A stretch of 64,000 bases of DNA from a bacterium (GTDB lineage Bacteria > Bacillota > DTU030 > DUMP01): the NCBI GenBank assembly GCA_050951365.1, contig JBMNIX010000011.1, forward strand, positions 8,845 through 72,844, read 5' to 3'. The position numbers and the translations under genes were made by a program. The notes below the pieces were generated by a model. The model ran no database searches, was not told the origin of the DNA, and saw nothing but the letters and a program-made list of their open reading frames with translations. Shown in pieces: positions 8,472 through 18,779 of this stretch. Each line of letters starts with the position of its first letter. Within the stretch, counting starts at the first letter, position 1.

Positions 8472-9464
8472 ATGCGGAAACGCACACTGGTATTAGTAGC
8501 CAGCCTCCTGGCACTAACACTTCTCGCCGGGTGTTCAGGGGGCCAACAACAGACCTCGCCTGGCGCTAATTATCCGGAAAAACCCATTAACTACGTGATC
8601 CCTTGGAGTCCAGGCGGTGGCAGCGACGTCATGGGGCGCATGGTGGCGGATATCATACAACAGAATAAGTTCCTGCCCCAACCCCTGGTAGTTGTAAACA
8701 AGCCAGGCGGTAGCGGCGCCGTGGGTATGAACGAAGTGGCACAGAAAAAGGGTGATCCCTACACCATTATCGGCGTAGTGTCAGGACAAATCAGTACACC
8801 CATCACCACTGGCGCTGAGGTCAAGGCCTCCACCTTTAAACCCATTGCAGCTTTAGCCCTGGATGAATTCTTTCTCTTGGTAAAACCCGAATCCGAGTTC
8901 CAAACGCTGCAGGACGTCATCGACTATGCCAAGGCCAACCCTGGTAAACTCACCATGGGCGGCACCGGTACCGGCTCTGAAGACCACATGTGCGCCGGCC
9001 TGTTGATGGACGCCGCCGGTATTCAAGTAGAGTATATCCCCTTTGATGGCGGCGGTGAGGTCATGAGCGCCCTCCTAGGCGGGCACGTACAGGTGGCCTG
9101 GGCCAATCCTTCAGAGTGTGCCTCTCAGCTAAAGGGAGGGCTGGTCAGGGTTCTGGGCGTCATGGCACCGGAGCGGACAAAAACCTATCCCGACATCCCA
9201 ACCTTTAAGGAACAGGGTGTAGATGCTGTCTTCCAGCAGATCCGCGCCATCTCTGGTTCGCCTGACATGCCCGACTACGCGGTAGAAGTAATAGGCGAAG
9301 CCCTTAAGAAGGTAAGTGAATCCGAACGCTGGCAGAAAGAATACATTGAGAAGAACGCCCTCACCTCCCGTTACCTTGGCCCGGAGGAGTACGGTCAGGC
9401 TATCGCAGAGGCTGAGAAACAGTACACTGAGATTCTCACTAACCTTGGTTTGGTCAAGAAGTAG
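8472..9464 (+). CDS. tctC: tripartite tricarboxylate transporter (TTT) substrate-binding protein, lipoprotein
   Basis: The signal peptide with lipobox LLAGCSG follows ATG 8472 (RBS GGAGGGG). The motif YPEKPINYVIPWSPGGGSDV is typical of the TctC/Bug family. Confidence 0.8.
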   Translation: MRKRTLVLVASLLALTLLAGCSGGQQQTSPGANYPEKPINYVIPWSPGGGSDVMGRMVADIIQQNKFLPQPLVVVNKPGGSGAVGMNEVAQKKGDPYTIIGVVSGQISTPITTGAEVKASTFKPIAALALDEFFLLVKPESEFQTLQDVIDYAKANPGKLTMGGTGTGSEDHMCAGLLMDAAGIQVEYIPFDGGGEVMSALLGGHVQVAWANPSECASQLKGGLVRVLGVMAPERTKTYPDIPTFKEQGVDAVFQQIRAISGSPDMPDYAVEVIGEALKKVSESERWQKEYIEKNALTSRYLGPEEYGQAIAEAEKQYTEILTNLGLVKK

Positions 9465-9566
9465 GAGCAAGATTAGCCGGTAGAGAGAAAGGAGTGGCTG
9501 CTGGCTTTTGATACACCACCGCCACAGCCCTCCTTTCACACACATCACCAACTGGAGGTTACAGCG

Positions 9567-10004
9567 ATGTCAGGCGACCGTATAGCGGGTTTATTAGGAA
9601 TGATCTGTGGACTATATTGGGGTGTGATGGGCTACAACTACGGCATCTGGGGCCAAACCGGACCAGCCAGCGGCTTCATTCCGGTGATCTTTGGTTCGCT
9701 TACTTTTGTTCTCAGTACTATACTCATCGGGCAAACATTTACGCGGGGCGGAATTAAGCTTAGCATCGGAGAGATACGAACTGTAGTCCTTATCTCTGTT
9801 TTTACGGGTACAGCCATCTTTCTCCTGAATAAACTGGGCACTATGCCTACTCTGGGGCTACTCATTCTTCTCTGGTTGCGCTTCCTCGAGCGTTATCCCT
9901 GGGCCGCAGTCATTAAAATCAGTGTGGGCACCATCGCAGTTGCCTATTTCGTGTTCGTGGTTTGGCTGCAAGTACCATTTCCTACAGGCTGGCTGGGCTT
10001 CTAA
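9567..10004 (+). CDS. tctB: TTT small membrane subunit
   Basis: 145-aa protein with 4 predicted TM segments, lying between the tctC-like and tctA-like genes. Confidence 0.6.
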   Translation: MSGDRIAGLLGMICGLYWGVMGYNYGIWGQTGPASGFIPVIFGSLTFVLSTILIGQTFTRGGIKLSIGEIRTVVLISVFTGTAIFLLNKLGTMPTLGLLILLWLRFLERYPWAAVIKISVGTIAVAYFVFVVWLQVPFPTGWLGF

Positions 10005-10022
10005 GGAAAGGCAGGGTCTAAC

Positions 10023-11546
10023 ATGGATATTCTCTCTAACCTAGTTACAGGTTTTGGCCAAGCACTGCTTCCTGTGAATATCTTCTTCGCCCTGGCAGGA
10101 GGAGTCATGGGGGTCATTGTCGGGGCTTTGCCCGGCCTTGGTTCCATTGCCGGTGTGGCACTCTTGCTCCCGCTCACCTTCAAACTCAATCCTACCTCAG
10201 CCATTATTATGCTGGCAGGCATCTACTATGGCAACATGTTTGGCGGCTCCATCAGTGCCATCCTCATTAATATCCCTGGGGATTCCCCGGCTGTCATGAC
10301 TGCCCTGGATGGTAACCAACTGGCTAAGCAGGGCCGCGCCGGGCAAGCCCTTTTTATGGCCTTTTCCGCCTCTTTCTTCGGTGGCCTCATCGGTATCATT
10401 ATTCTCACTGTTCTCGGTCCATTCTTGGCCTTTGTCGGCCTAAAGTTTGGCCCCCCTGAATTTGCTGCCCTTATCGTCCTGGCTTTAACCAGTATCGGTT
10501 GGCTCCTGGGGGACAACCCTATCAAAGGGGTCTTGGCCGGAGCAGTCGGACTTCTTATTGCCACCATCGGCGTCGATATGATCGAAGGTTTACCCCGCTT
10601 CACCTTTGGGTTAGTAGGCCTCTCATCCGGGGTACCCTTTATTCCCTTTGTCATTGGTCTCTTTGGGCTGGCACAGGTAGTACTCATGTTGGCCCATCCG
10701 GAAGAATTCAGGGCCGACGAAACGCAACCTTCTACCAGACTCTCCCTACGGAGCAGCCTGCCCAGTGTTAAAGATTGGGCCGCCAGTGCCTGGACCATCC
10801 TCAGAAGCGCTGTGTTAGGCTTTTACATCGGTCTACTACCAGGCTCTGGTGCTACCACCGCCGCCTTTTTATCTTATGTGGCCGAAAAGCGCTTAAGCAA
10901 GCACCCGGAACGCCTGGGCCAAGGTGCCATCGAGGGTGTAGCTGCTTCAGAGGCTGCTAATAATGCCGCTAGCATGGGTGCCTTCGCACCGCTCTTGTCT
11001 CTAGGCATTCCTGGTTCTGGGACCACCGCTATCCTTCTCGGTGGCCTCATGATGTGGGGCCTTACCCCTGGCCCGCTGCTCTTTAGAGAAGCGCCGGAGT
11101 TTGTCTGGGGTCTCATCGCCAGTATGTACGTGGGCAATCTCCTCGTGGCCATCACCTGTATTGTAGCTATTCCTGTCTTGGTTTATGTCCTGCGCGTTCC
11201 CCGCGCCGTGATGGCCCCGGTCATTGTTGTAATCTGTATCCTCGGTGCCTACAGTGTGAATAACAGCATCTTTGATCTTTGGGTGATGCTCTTCTCAGGT
11301 GTCCTCGGTTACTTCCTCAACCGGCTAAAATTTCCCATCCCAGCTATGGTGCTGTCCGTTGTCCTCGGGCCACGGCTCATGACTTCTATCCGACAGTCCT
11401 TTATGATGTCCCACGGTGCAGCCAGTATCTTCATCACACGCCCCATTTCCCTCACCCTGCTCCTACTGGCTGTCCTGCTTACCGCTGGCCCCGCTATTGC
11501 TGGCGTAATCAGGAAGCGTCGGGCCGCTTCGGCAACCGCAGAATAG
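10023..11546 (+). CDS. tctA: TTT large permease subunit
   Basis: 507-aa polytopic protein. The motifs GALPGLG, GGSISAILINIPG and LPGSGATTAAFLSY are typical of TctA. Confidence 0.8.
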   Translation: MDILSNLVTGFGQALLPVNIFFALAGGVMGVIVGALPGLGSIAGVALLLPLTFKLNPTSAIIMLAGIYYGNMFGGSISAILINIPGDSPAVMTALDGNQLAKQGRAGQALFMAFSASFFGGLIGIIILTVLGPFLAFVGLKFGPPEFAALIVLALTSIGWLLGDNPIKGVLAGAVGLLIATIGVDMIEGLPRFTFGLVGLSSGVPFIPFVIGLFGLAQVVLMLAHPEEFRADETQPSTRLSLRSSLPSVKDWAASAWTILRSAVLGFYIGLLPGSGATTAAFLSYVAEKRLSKHPERLGQGAIEGVAASEAANNAASMGAFAPLLSLGIPGSGTTAILLGGLMMWGLTPGPLLFREAPEFVWGLIASMYVGNLLVAITCIVAIPVLVYVLRVPRAVMAPVIVVICILGAYSVNNSIFDLWVMLFSGVLGYFLNRLKFPIPAMVLSVVLGPRLMTSIRQSFMMSHGAASIFITRPISLTLLLLAVLLTAGPAIAGVIRKRRAASATAE

Positions 11547-11567
11547 AGAAAGGGAGGAGGGGACAAA

Positions 11568-12446
11568 GTGCGCCTGGTACAATTCTTTCTAGACACCAAT
11601 GCCCTTAGGGTGGGACTGTGGCAGGAGGACGGCATACGCGACATAACGCTGCCTGATCAGGGACTTACCAACACCAACGCTTATCTCGGGAGAGCAGTGG
11701 ATCAGAAAAAGAGCCTGGCTCACGTCGTGGCCGAGGCTTGCCAGGGCGAAAACCTGCCGCTACTGGCCCGGGAGTCTGTACGGCTAACACTCCCCTTTTT
11801 CCCGGACGAGGTGTGGGGCTGCGGAGTCACCTATAAGAAAAGCATGGAGTTTAGGGCTGAGGAGCTCAGCGAACCAGAGAACATCTATGAACGTGTCTAC
11901 AAAGCGGAGCGACCTGAGACTTTTTTTAAGGCCACGACTGCGCGCTGCGTTGGGCCAGGCGAAGCCATTGGCAAACGGGCCGATTCCATCTTCACTGCGC
12001 CGGAGCCAGAGCTGGCCGCGGTAGTGGGACCAACAGGTGAGGTTTTGGGCTACACCCTGGCCAACGACGTTTCCGCCTGGGATATAGAGCGCGCTAATGC
12101 CCTCTACCTGCCCCAGAGCAAGATCTACGCCAAGTGCTGTGCCTTAGGGCCATTTCTTGTAAGTGCTGATGCAGTCCGGGATCCTTACACCATCACCATG
12201 TCCTGCCGCATCATAAGGCAGGGAAAGGTCCTCTTTACAGGCGAAGCCACCACCGCTAACCTCAAGCGCACTATACCAGAACTTATCGCTGCTGTGCAGC
12301 GCTCTAATGTGCTGCCTACCGTCACAGTTATCCTCACCGGCACAGGTATCATTGTCCCAGAGGATGCAGCCCTGGCAGTGGGAGACGTGGTGGAGATCAC
12401 GGCTAATGGTTTGGGTACTTTGATCAATACGGTGGAAGAAGTCTAG
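11568..12446 (+). CDS. fumarylacetoacetate hydrolase (FAH) family protein
   Basis: 292 aa. The C-terminal catalytic region (...GCGVTYKKS..., ...ELAAVVGPTGE..., LTGTGIIVP) resembles FAH/2-keto-4-pentenoate hydratase-type folds. GTG start with RBS GGGAGGAGGGG. Confidence 0.65.
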   Translation: MRLVQFFLDTNALRVGLWQEDGIRDITLPDQGLTNTNAYLGRAVDQKKSLAHVVAEACQGENLPLLARESVRLTLPFFPDEVWGCGVTYKKSMEFRAEELSEPENIYERVYKAERPETFFKATTARCVGPGEAIGKRADSIFTAPEPELAAVVGPTGEVLGYTLANDVSAWDIERANALYLPQSKIYAKCCALGPFLVSADAVRDPYTITMSCRIIRQGKVLFTGEATTANLKRTIPELIAAVQRSNVLPTVTVILTGTGIIVPEDAALAVGDVVEITANGLGTLINTVEEV

Positions 12447-12588
12447 CAGGGGGCGGGTCCATGGCCCGCCCCCTAGGGCGTTTTAGCTGCCCGTATTGGC
12501 TATTCAACTGGTAGGGCATAGACCTTATACATGTCCCAGCTTCAGATTCAGACCATCACAAGGCTTACCTCCACACTAACTGGCCTCG

Positions 12589-13563
12589 CTAGTATTGGTT
12601 GAACAACTCGGTCATCTCCTCATGATCTAGCCCTGCCCCGAGGCCAATCATCAAGAGCAGGCGAGCCTGGGGTCCAGAGAGGGCCCCACCGAAGATGACC
12701 CCTTCGCGAACCAAGGATGCTCCACCGCCAAGATAGCCATAGCGCGGGGCAACCCGCCCGTCCGGACTGCGAGAAACCATAACCACTACCAGGCCAGCGT
12801 CCCGGGCCTTTTTTATTCCCCAGTAAAACTCCTCGTTCACATTGCCCATCCCCACGCCAGAGACTACTATTCCCGCGGCACCAGTGGCTATAGAGGCCTC
12901 GATGTGGCGGGCATCCATGCCGGCGGTAAATACCACCAGATCTACCGGTTCTGTGATCCGGCTGACGGGGAGCCTTCTCAGGGGCGGCAGGTCACGCCAA
13001 TAGTGCACCCCGCTGCTGTCCACGGTACCCAAGAGCCCAGCCTCGCCCGAGGCAAAGGCCCGTAGGCTTGTAGTGTGTACCTTGCGCACACTGCGTGCAG
13101 GGTGGACCTCACCTGCAAAAGTTACCAGCGTTCCCCGCTCCCGGCTCTCCGGTGCTGCTGCTACTTGAAGGGCCGCTGCCAAGTTGGCCGGGCCATCCGG
13201 CCAGGGCTCTGACGCTGCCCGCTGGGCACCAGTTAAGACTACAGGCTTAGCTCCAGGCACTGTGACATCGAGAAAGAAGGCTGTCTCCTCCAGGGTTGAG
13301 GTACCATGGGTGACCACAACACCGTCCACCTTTTCTTCCGCCAGGATTTGGCGGAGGGAAAGTGATAGCGCCAGCATGTCTTGGGGCCGAAGGTAGGTAC
13401 TGTTGATCCGGGCAAAGTCCTCCACCTCAACCTCTACTCCAGGCGGAGGTTCCACCAGCACGTCCTCACCGCTCAAACCCGCGGCTAAACCGCCTAATTC
13501 TGGTTTGTACACCGTGGCAATGGTACCCCCGGTGGCTATGAGTTTGATCCTACGTCTTGTCAT
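12589..13563 (-). CDS. L-asparaginase (type I/II family)
   Basis: IKLIATGGTIATV (active-site Thr motif) and VVTHGTSTLEETAFFL are asparaginase signatures. ATG 13563 has RBS AAGGAGGG; the longer ORF-track N-terminus is unlikely to be real. Confidence 0.8.
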   Translation of the reverse strand: MTRRRIKLIATGGTIATVYKPELGGLAAGLSGEDVLVEPPPGVEVEVEDFARINSTYLRPQDMLALSLSLRQILAEEKVDGVVVTHGTSTLEETAFFLDVTVPGAKPVVLTGAQRAASEPWPDGPANLAAALQVAAAPESRERGTLVTFAGEVHPARSVRKVHTTSLRAFASGEAGLLGTVDSSGVHYWRDLPPLRRLPVSRITEPVDLVVFTAGMDARHIEASIATGAAGIVVSGVGMGNVNEEFYWGIKKARDAGLVVVMVSRSPDGRVAPRYGYLGGGASLVREGVIFGGALSGPQARLLLMIGLGAGLDHEEMTELFNQY

Positions 13564-13786
13564 GCTTGCGAACCCTCCTTGTGCCCTTCTGACAAATAAG
13601 AACGTTGAGTCCTTTTTCTTGATAAGAAGCCAACTTCCTGCTACCCTGTGTTGCACGTGGCAAGTCTTTTTCAAGTTGCTTCTTAGTCTCAGTAGCAAGA
13701 AGGAGTTCATTTCCGCTAAGTCAAATAAGGCTAGAGACATGATGGTTATTTCGACCAGAGGTTAGAACTAGAAAGGAGGATCCTAA

Positions 13787-15166
13787 GTGGCAGATCTAGC
13801 TGTAAGAAATGCTCGGGTTGTTACAGAGGAGGGGGTTTTTCTCGGGGGTATCGCCGTTCAAGAAGGTATGATTGTGGCTCTGGGGACAAATGAGAGCTTA
13901 CCTAGCGCAGAGACAGTTGTAGACGCAGAGAGGAACTATCTCCTCCCTGGTGGCGTGGATCCGCACGTTCATATCCGCTACCCCGGCGGGCCCCATCGGG
14001 AGACCTTTAGCACCGGAACAGCGGCCGCAGCCGCCGGTGGCATCACCACCATCATCGAGCATCCCATCTCCGCACCGCCTCCGTTCTCCAAAGAGATTCT
14101 CCTGAACAGAGTAGCCGCAGTCACAGAGCAGGCACTGGTAGACGTGGCCTTCTTCGGGGCGGCAGGCTATGACAAAGCAGCCTCTATCGGCGAACTGGCC
14201 TCGGCGGGTATTGTGGCTTACAAGACTTTCCTCCAGGCCGCACCAGAAGGACGGGAAAATGAATTCATTGGGCTCACCATGAAGGATAGTCACGAGCTCT
14301 ACGCAGGCCTCCGAGCAGTGGCTCCCACCGGACTCCCTCTGGCCGCCCACGCGGAAGACAACGACCTGGTTTCTGGCCTGGTGCAAGAATTTCGTGCCGC
14401 CGGTAAGGTCTCTCCACTGGACCATGCCCGTACGCGCCCGCCTGTCGCCGAGGTGCTATCGGTTGAGAGACTCATTCGCCTCGCCCGGGAGACAGGAGCT
14501 ACCTTATACCTGGTCCACATCTCCACCCCTGAGGCCGTAATGCTGGCCGACCAAGCCCGCAAGGCCGGACAACGCATCTTTATCGAGACCTGCCCCCAGT
14601 ACCTCTATCTCAGCGAGGAGGCTTTAATCCAACACGGTCCCTACGCCAAGTGTAACCCGCCACTTAGGACCAGGGCCGAAGTTGACGCCATGTGGCGCTT
14701 TGTCCAGGATGGCACCGTGGACACCATTGGCAGCGATCACAGCCCCTTTACCGCAGAGGAGAAGGAGAAGGGGCTAGAGAACATCTTTAACGCCCCCTCA
14801 GGCTTCCCCGGCCTTGAAACACGCCTTCCCCTTATGTTGACAGCCATAAAGGAAGGACGTATCTCCCTAGCACAGGCGGTGAATCTTCTTAGCACCAACC
14901 CCAGCCGCATCTTTGGCCTTTACCCGAGAAAAGGCACCATCAAAATTGGTGCCGATGCCGATCTCGCACTAGTCAACCTGGACGAACCCTTCACCCTTCA
15001 CCACAGTAATATGCTCACCAAGTCCCGTGACGCCAGCCGCGTGTACGATGGTTGGAAACTGTATGGCCGGGTTCTCAAGACCTTTGTACGTGGAAAACTC
15101 GTCTTCGACGAAGGCCGGATAGTCGCTGAGCCTGGCTGGGGCCAGTGGGTCACACCTGGCGAGTAA
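13787..15166 (+). CDS. cyclic amidohydrolase (allantoinase/hydantoinase/dihydroorotase superfamily)
   Basis: The metal motif GGVDPHVHIRYPG, then GTAAAAAGGITTIIEHP and a late GSDHSPF. Its 459-aa size is typical of allantoinase or dihydropyrimidinase. GTG start with RBS AAAGGAGGA. Confidence 0.75.
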   Translation: MADLAVRNARVVTEEGVFLGGIAVQEGMIVALGTNESLPSAETVVDAERNYLLPGGVDPHVHIRYPGGPHRETFSTGTAAAAAGGITTIIEHPISAPPPFSKEILLNRVAAVTEQALVDVAFFGAAGYDKAASIGELASAGIVAYKTFLQAAPEGRENEFIGLTMKDSHELYAGLRAVAPTGLPLAAHAEDNDLVSGLVQEFRAAGKVSPLDHARTRPPVAEVLSVERLIRLARETGATLYLVHISTPEAVMLADQARKAGQRIFIETCPQYLYLSEEALIQHGPYAKCNPPLRTRAEVDAMWRFVQDGTVDTIGSDHSPFTAEEKEKGLENIFNAPSGFPGLETRLPLMLTAIKEGRISLAQAVNLLSTNPSRIFGLYPRKGTIKIGADADLALVNLDEPFTLHHSNMLTKSRDASRVYDGWKLYGRVLKTFVRGKLVFDEGRIVAEPGWGQWVTPGE

Positions 15167-15175
15167 TTACGGAAA

Positions 15176-15217
15176 TAAAAAAAGGCGGACCGCCACAAAC
15201 GGTCTCGCCTTTTTTTG
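15176..15217. terminator. bidirectional rho-independent terminator
   Basis: An A-tract, then stem AGGCGGACCG / CGGTCtCGCCT, then a T7 tract. It lies between converging genes 13787..15166 (+) and 15218..15991 (-). Confidence 0.7.
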
Positions 15218-15991
15218 CTAGCCTTTAATAAAATCCTCTATGAACTCAACAATGCGTTCTAGTGCAGTATCGTTTATCTTCTTACCTTTCTCAGGACTGG
15301 CTGCACGGGCATCACCCATAGCCCCGTTGTTGGTAAGGTCTTTCCAGCGGTAAGGGTAACCCACACGGAATTGTCCGTACAGATCTGTATACTTGAAGGG
15401 ATAGGCACCCTCTCCACCCTTACTTAAAGCATCCGGCCGCACCAATTCGGGTGCCAAGAACCAAGCGTCCGAAACCTCCCATTCGCCTGAGTGTTCGATT
15501 CTGCCTGAGGTAACAACCTCCTTGGTCACATCAGCGGTCATTACCTTGTAATTAACATAGGGCACCCTCAAGCCAAACTGGGCTCGGATAGCCTCGACAG
15601 CCACTGCCAAAGTACCCTCGTTACCACCATGGGCGTTGATAATAAGGAAACGCTGGAACCCATGCTGCCGCAAACTGGCCACATAATCAACAATGGTGTC
15701 CACCAAGGTTTGCGGCCTCAAGGTGATAGTGCCGGGGAAATCAAGATGGTGCGGGGAAATCCCCACCGGAATACCCGGTGCAACAAGCACACGGGGATAA
15801 AGGGCGCGAGCTACGCGCAGGGAGAACTTGTAAGCACGCGTAGCATCAGTCGCCAGGCAAAGATGTGGCCCGTGTTGCTCAGTTGATCCCACCGGGATTA
15901 TCACCAGCTGTACCTTGTCTTTGCGCTCCTCGATTTCCATCCAGGTAAGATCGCCAATGGCGACGCGCTTTTCCGTCTCGGCCTCTGGCAT
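15218..15991 (-). CDS. creatininase (creatinine amidohydrolase) family protein
   Basis: VIIPVGSTEQHGPHL and FLIINAHGGN motifs; 257 aa. Confidence 0.8.
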   Translation of the reverse strand: MPEAETEKRVAIGDLTWMEIEERKDKVQLVIIPVGSTEQHGPHLCLATDATRAYKFSLRVARALYPRVLVAPGIPVGISPHHLDFPGTITLRPQTLVDTIVDYVASLRQHGFQRFLIINAHGGNEGTLAVAVEAIRAQFGLRVPYVNYKVMTADVTKEVVTSGRIEHSGEWEVSDAWFLAPELVRPDALSKGGEGAYPFKYTDLYGQFRVGYPYRWKDLTNNGAMGDARAASPEKGKKINDTALERIVEFIEDFIKG

Positions 15992-16040
15992 GTCTTTACC
16001 CCCTTTTTTTGCCGCTTACTGCTGTATCCTCGATCTTAGA

Positions 16041-16816
16041 CTAGACGTTCTTTACAAAGTCCCGGATAAAGACACCAAGGCGTTCGACCACTTTGTCGAC
16101 GATCTCTTTGCCCAACTCTTTACTTGTTCCCTCCGGATTGCCAAAGGCCCCATTATCGGTAATCTCATGGGTGTACCAGGGATAGTCCACTTTCCACATA
16201 TCGTGGCGCGAACCAATCATTGTGTAGGGCCAGTGCTCATCGCCCTTCTCCAACCGATCCATGTGAACAAGATCCTCGTCCAGGTATAGCGCCACGGCCA
16301 AACCTGGATCAGAGCCGTGTCCGCGCTTTTCTACCGGGATCTTGGCTGCAACATCGCGCACGAGATCAATGTAGAGGGTGTGGGCCACCTCAACTCCCTA
16401 GCTTCTCCTTTGAGCTCCATGGCCACCACGTTGCAGGCGTGGCGGTTGCCGCCATGGGTGTCAATGAGGAGGAACTTCTTAAAGCCGAAACGATGCATAC
16501 TGGTGACTATATCCTCAATAACAGCCATAAAGGTGGATTGTCTTAAAGTCACTGTACCGGGGAAACGCATGTGGTGGTAAGAAACACCCATCATTACCGG
16601 CGGGGTCACCACCGCCAGCGGGTGTACCTCCTTGGCAACCAGTTTCGCCATGTCGTACGCCTGCTGCCCATCCACCTTGAGCTTAATTCCAGGACCGTGC
16701 TGCTCATTGGAACCCACCGGAATGATGGCCAGCTTAGCAACTTTATACGCTTCCTCTGCTTCCTTCCAGGTCATCTCAGGAAGTAGATAAATACCATCTA
16801 CCTGCATTTTTTTCAC
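16041..16816 (-). pseudogene. creatininase-family paralog split by a frameshift near 16385-16395
   Basis: ORF 16331..16816 carries the N-half (AIIPVGSNEQHGPG, FLLIDTHGGN). ORF 16041..16388 carries the C-half (...DPGLAVALYLDEDLVHM..., ITDNGAFGNPEG...). Together they equal one ~255-aa creatininase like its neighbour. Confidence 0.7.
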
Positions 16817-16831
16817 CCTTTCTTCGTTTCA

Positions 16832-17779
16832 CTACAACAGGTGACAAGCCACACGGTGGCCGGGAGCTACTTCTCTCAAGACCGGCTCTTCTTTGCTGCA
16901 CCGCTCCTCTGCGCGCCAGCAGCGCTTAGCAAAACGGCAGCCTGGCGCTGGATTGATGGGGCTGGGAACATCACCTTTTAAGATAATCCGCTCGCGCTGC
17001 TTCCCAATCTTGGGCACAGGTATCGCCGAAAGCAACGCCTGCGAATAAGGATGCAACGGTTGTTGGAACAATTCTTCCGAGGTTGCCTCTTCCACAATCC
17101 GCCCCAGGTACATCACCATAATGCGCTGGGAGATATGCTTTACTACGCTGAGGTCATGAGAGATAAACAGGTAGGTGAGACCCATCTTCTCTTGCAGATC
17201 CTGGAGCAAATTCAAGATCTGGGCTTGAATGGAAACATCCAAGGCAGAGACAGGCTCATCGCAAACAATAAACTCAGGGTTAAGGGCTAGGGCCCGGGTA
17301 ATGCCAACCCGCTGGCGGCGACCTCCGTCTAGCTCGTGAGGGAACTTATCCGCCATCTCGGCAGTAACACCAGTGGCCGCCATCAGCTCTTCCACTTTTT
17401 GCCACAGTGCCCTGCCTTTGTACAGCTTTTGTACAAGCAACGGTTCGGCGATGATTTGGCGTACGGTCTTTCTTGGATCTAGGCAGGAGTAAGGGTCCTG
17501 AAAGATCATTTGCATTTTCCGCCTGAGCACCTTCAGCTGTGCCGGTTTAGCAGCGAGGACATCCTCCCCTCTGTATATCACCTGCCCACCCGTTGCCGGG
17601 ATAAGCCTCAATAGGACCCGACCGGTGGTAGACTTACCACAGCCGCTTTCGCCCACCAGTCCTAAAGTCTCACCCTCTTTGATATCAAAACTAAGATCAT
17701 CCACCGCATGAAGCTTACCGCGGTCCTTTACATCAAAGTATTTCTTGAGGTTCTTAACGCTGATAATTGTCTCGCTCAC
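16832..17779 (-). CDS. oligopeptide/dipeptide ABC transporter ATP-binding protein (DppF/OppF-like)
   Basis: Walker A GESGCGKST, signature LDGGRRQRV, and the C-terminal oligopeptide-type extension. GTG 17779 overlaps the upstream stop (GTGA) and follows RBS GGGGAGGTG. Confidence 0.85.
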   Translation of the reverse strand: MSETIISVKNLKKYFDVKDRGKLHAVDDLSFDIKEGETLGLVGESGCGKSTTGRVLLRLIPATGGQVIYRGEDVLAAKPAQLKVLRRKMQMIFQDPYSCLDPRKTVRQIIAEPLLVQKLYKGRALWQKVEELMAATGVTAEMADKFPHELDGGRRQRVGITRALALNPEFIVCDEPVSALDVSIQAQILNLLQDLQEKMGLTYLFISHDLSVVKHISQRIMVMYLGRIVEEATSEELFQQPLHPYSQALLSAIPVPKIGKQRERIILKGDVPSPINPAPGCRFAKRCWRAEERCSKEEPVLREVAPGHRVACHLL

Positions 17780-18753
17780 TGGGACACCTCCCCAGGTCCG
17801 GCCTGCAGACAGCAGACCATGTGGTCCTCTCCCAGCTTGATCGGAGCCGGTTTCTTGGCCGCACAAGCAGCCGTGGCCTCAGGGCAACGTGGATGAAAAG
17901 GACAACCGCTGGGTAAGCGCAGCGGGTCTGGCATCATCCCTTCTACCGGCTGCAACCGCTCTACTTTGGATTCAAGGTCGGGCATGGAGCCAAAGAGGCC
18001 GCGGGTATATGGGTGCATTGGTGCACTAAAGACGGCTTGCACCGAACCATGTTCTACAATGCTACCAGCGTACATGACGGCTACCTGATCGCAGATTTCA
18101 GCTACGATTCCCAGGTTATGCGTGATCATTATCAAAGACATTTTGAACTTCTGTTTAAGCTCGTTCATAAGGGCGAGCACCTGGGCCTGAATGGTCACAT
18201 CAAGAGCGGTGGTGGGCTCGTCGGCGATCAAAAGCTCTGGCCTGCAGGCCAAAGCCATGGCAATGCCAACACGCTGTCGCATTCCGCCGCTGAACTGATG
18301 TGGGTACTCACTGGCCCTGTAGGACGGAATACCTACCAGTTCTAGCATCTTGCCTGCCTGTTTAAGCGCTTCTTTATCAGATAGACGCTGGTGCTGCTTG
18401 ATAACTCCAGCGATTTGTTCCCCAATGGTATACACCGGGTTTAGCGACGTCATGGGATTTTGAAAGATCATGGAGATCTTATTACCCCGGATTTTGCGCA
18501 GCTCAACCTCAGGAGCTGTTAACAGCTCCCTATCTTTAAACTTAATACTGCCACTAACGATGCGGCCCACTGGTCTAGGCAGTAACCTCAAAATAGATAG
18601 GGCAGTGGTTGTCTTGCCGGCTCCTGTCTCCCCTACCAGACCCAGGCTCTCTCCTTCTCCAATTTCTAGGTCTAGGTTGTTCACTGCCCGCGCCTTACCA
18701 TCGAAGGTGTGATATTCCACCGACAGATTTTGGATCTTGAGCACACTTTGCAA
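17776..18753 (-). CDS. oligopeptide/dipeptide ABC transporter ATP-binding protein (DppD/OppD-like)
   Basis: Walker [10 protein letters not shown], signature FSGGMRQRV, Walker [13 protein letters not shown]. Confidence 0.85.
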   Translation of the reverse strand: MQSVLKIQNLSVEYHTFDGKARAVNNLDLEIGEGESLGLVGETGAGKTTTALSILRLLPRPVGRIVSGSIKFKDRELLTAPEVELRKIRGNKISMIFQNPMTSLNPVYTIGEQIAGVIKQHQRLSDKEALKQAGKMLELVGIPSYRASEYPHQFSGGMRQRVGIAMALACRPELLIADEPTTALDVTIQAQVLALMNELKQKFKMSLIMITHNLGIVAEICDQVAVMYAGSIVEHGSVQAVFSAPMHPYTRGLFGSMPDLESKVERLQPVEGMMPDPLRLPSGCPFHPRCPEATAACAAKKPAPIKLGEDHMVCCLQAGPGEVSQ

Positions 18754-18779
18754 CTCATCACCTCCCTGTGCTACGAGAT

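Noticed and set aside
17780-17866. N-terminal extension of the DppF-like ORF, and similar extensions at 8409-8471, 13564-13740, 22293-22358, 38481-38540 and 43180-43272
   Set aside because: Downstream starts have canonical RBS spacing. Signal peptides or conserved N-termini begin at those starts. The extensions overlap upstream genes or consist of non-conserved sequence.
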